Source: Eimeria praecox | Lineage: Eukaryota | DNA length: 64,000 nt | NCBI GenBank assembly: GCA_963920595.1 | Contig: OY986948.1 | Span: 2,790,001-2,854,000 of the forward strand | Reading direction: 5' to 3' | In this document: piece by piece, positions 63,760 through 64,000 of the stretch | Layout of the letters: each line of letters begins with the position of its first letter | How positions within the stretch are numbered: the first letter of the stretch is position 1 | The notes under the pieces: model-generated | Seen by the model: the letters and a program-made list of their open reading frames with translations, nothing else | Databases searched by the model: none | Told to the model about the DNA's origin: nothing | Translations under genes and position numbers: made by a program

Positions 63760-64000
63760 AGCAGCACACGCAACTAAAAAATTGAAGATGAAGAATACAA
63801 ACAAAGGAGAATACGGAAATAAAAGATAAAGATAAAAGACAGACAAACAGAGAGACAAATAATAATAAACAAATAATAATAATATTAATAATAATAATAA
63901 TTAATAATAATAATAATTATTATTATTATTATTGTTATGTTTAATAATAATAAACTACGGCGTAGACAAGCGAGAAATACGCATCAAAGAAATACAATCA

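Overview
This is eukaryotic, intron-rich DNA with the repeat signature of an Eimeria-like coccidian (Apicomplexa): (CAG)n homopolymer-coding tracts, interstitial telomere-like (AAACCCT)n, (AGCT)n blocks and TGCATGCA, here in a very AT-rich background. Most ORFs in the supplied track are microsatellite artefacts. Splicing by eye gives about 10 genes. These are a membrane-anchored subtilisin-fold protein that has lost its catalytic His and Ser (+), a low-complexity hypothetical protein (-), a CD2BP2/Lin1 U5-52K-like protein (+), an AFG1/LACE1 ATPase (-), a Cys-containing hypothetical protein (+), SDHAF4 (-), syntaxin-5 (+), a protein with a C-terminal FABP/lipocalin-like domain (-), a small RIIa-type docking-domain protein (+) and a coiled-coil protein (-). 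Five things stand out. (1) The subtilisin pseudoprotease. (2) Tandem duplications centred on exon-intron junctions in six genes, including a 13-copy 142-bp array in which each extra copy could be an in-frame 45-nt cassette exon. (3) A dispersed 14-20-bp palindrome, GGTGTAYRTACACC, that often supplies splice dinucleotides. (4) Inverted pairs of telomere-like tracts bracketing introns. (5) A perfect 80-bp intronic palindrome. All exon structures are manual predictions without transcript evidence.
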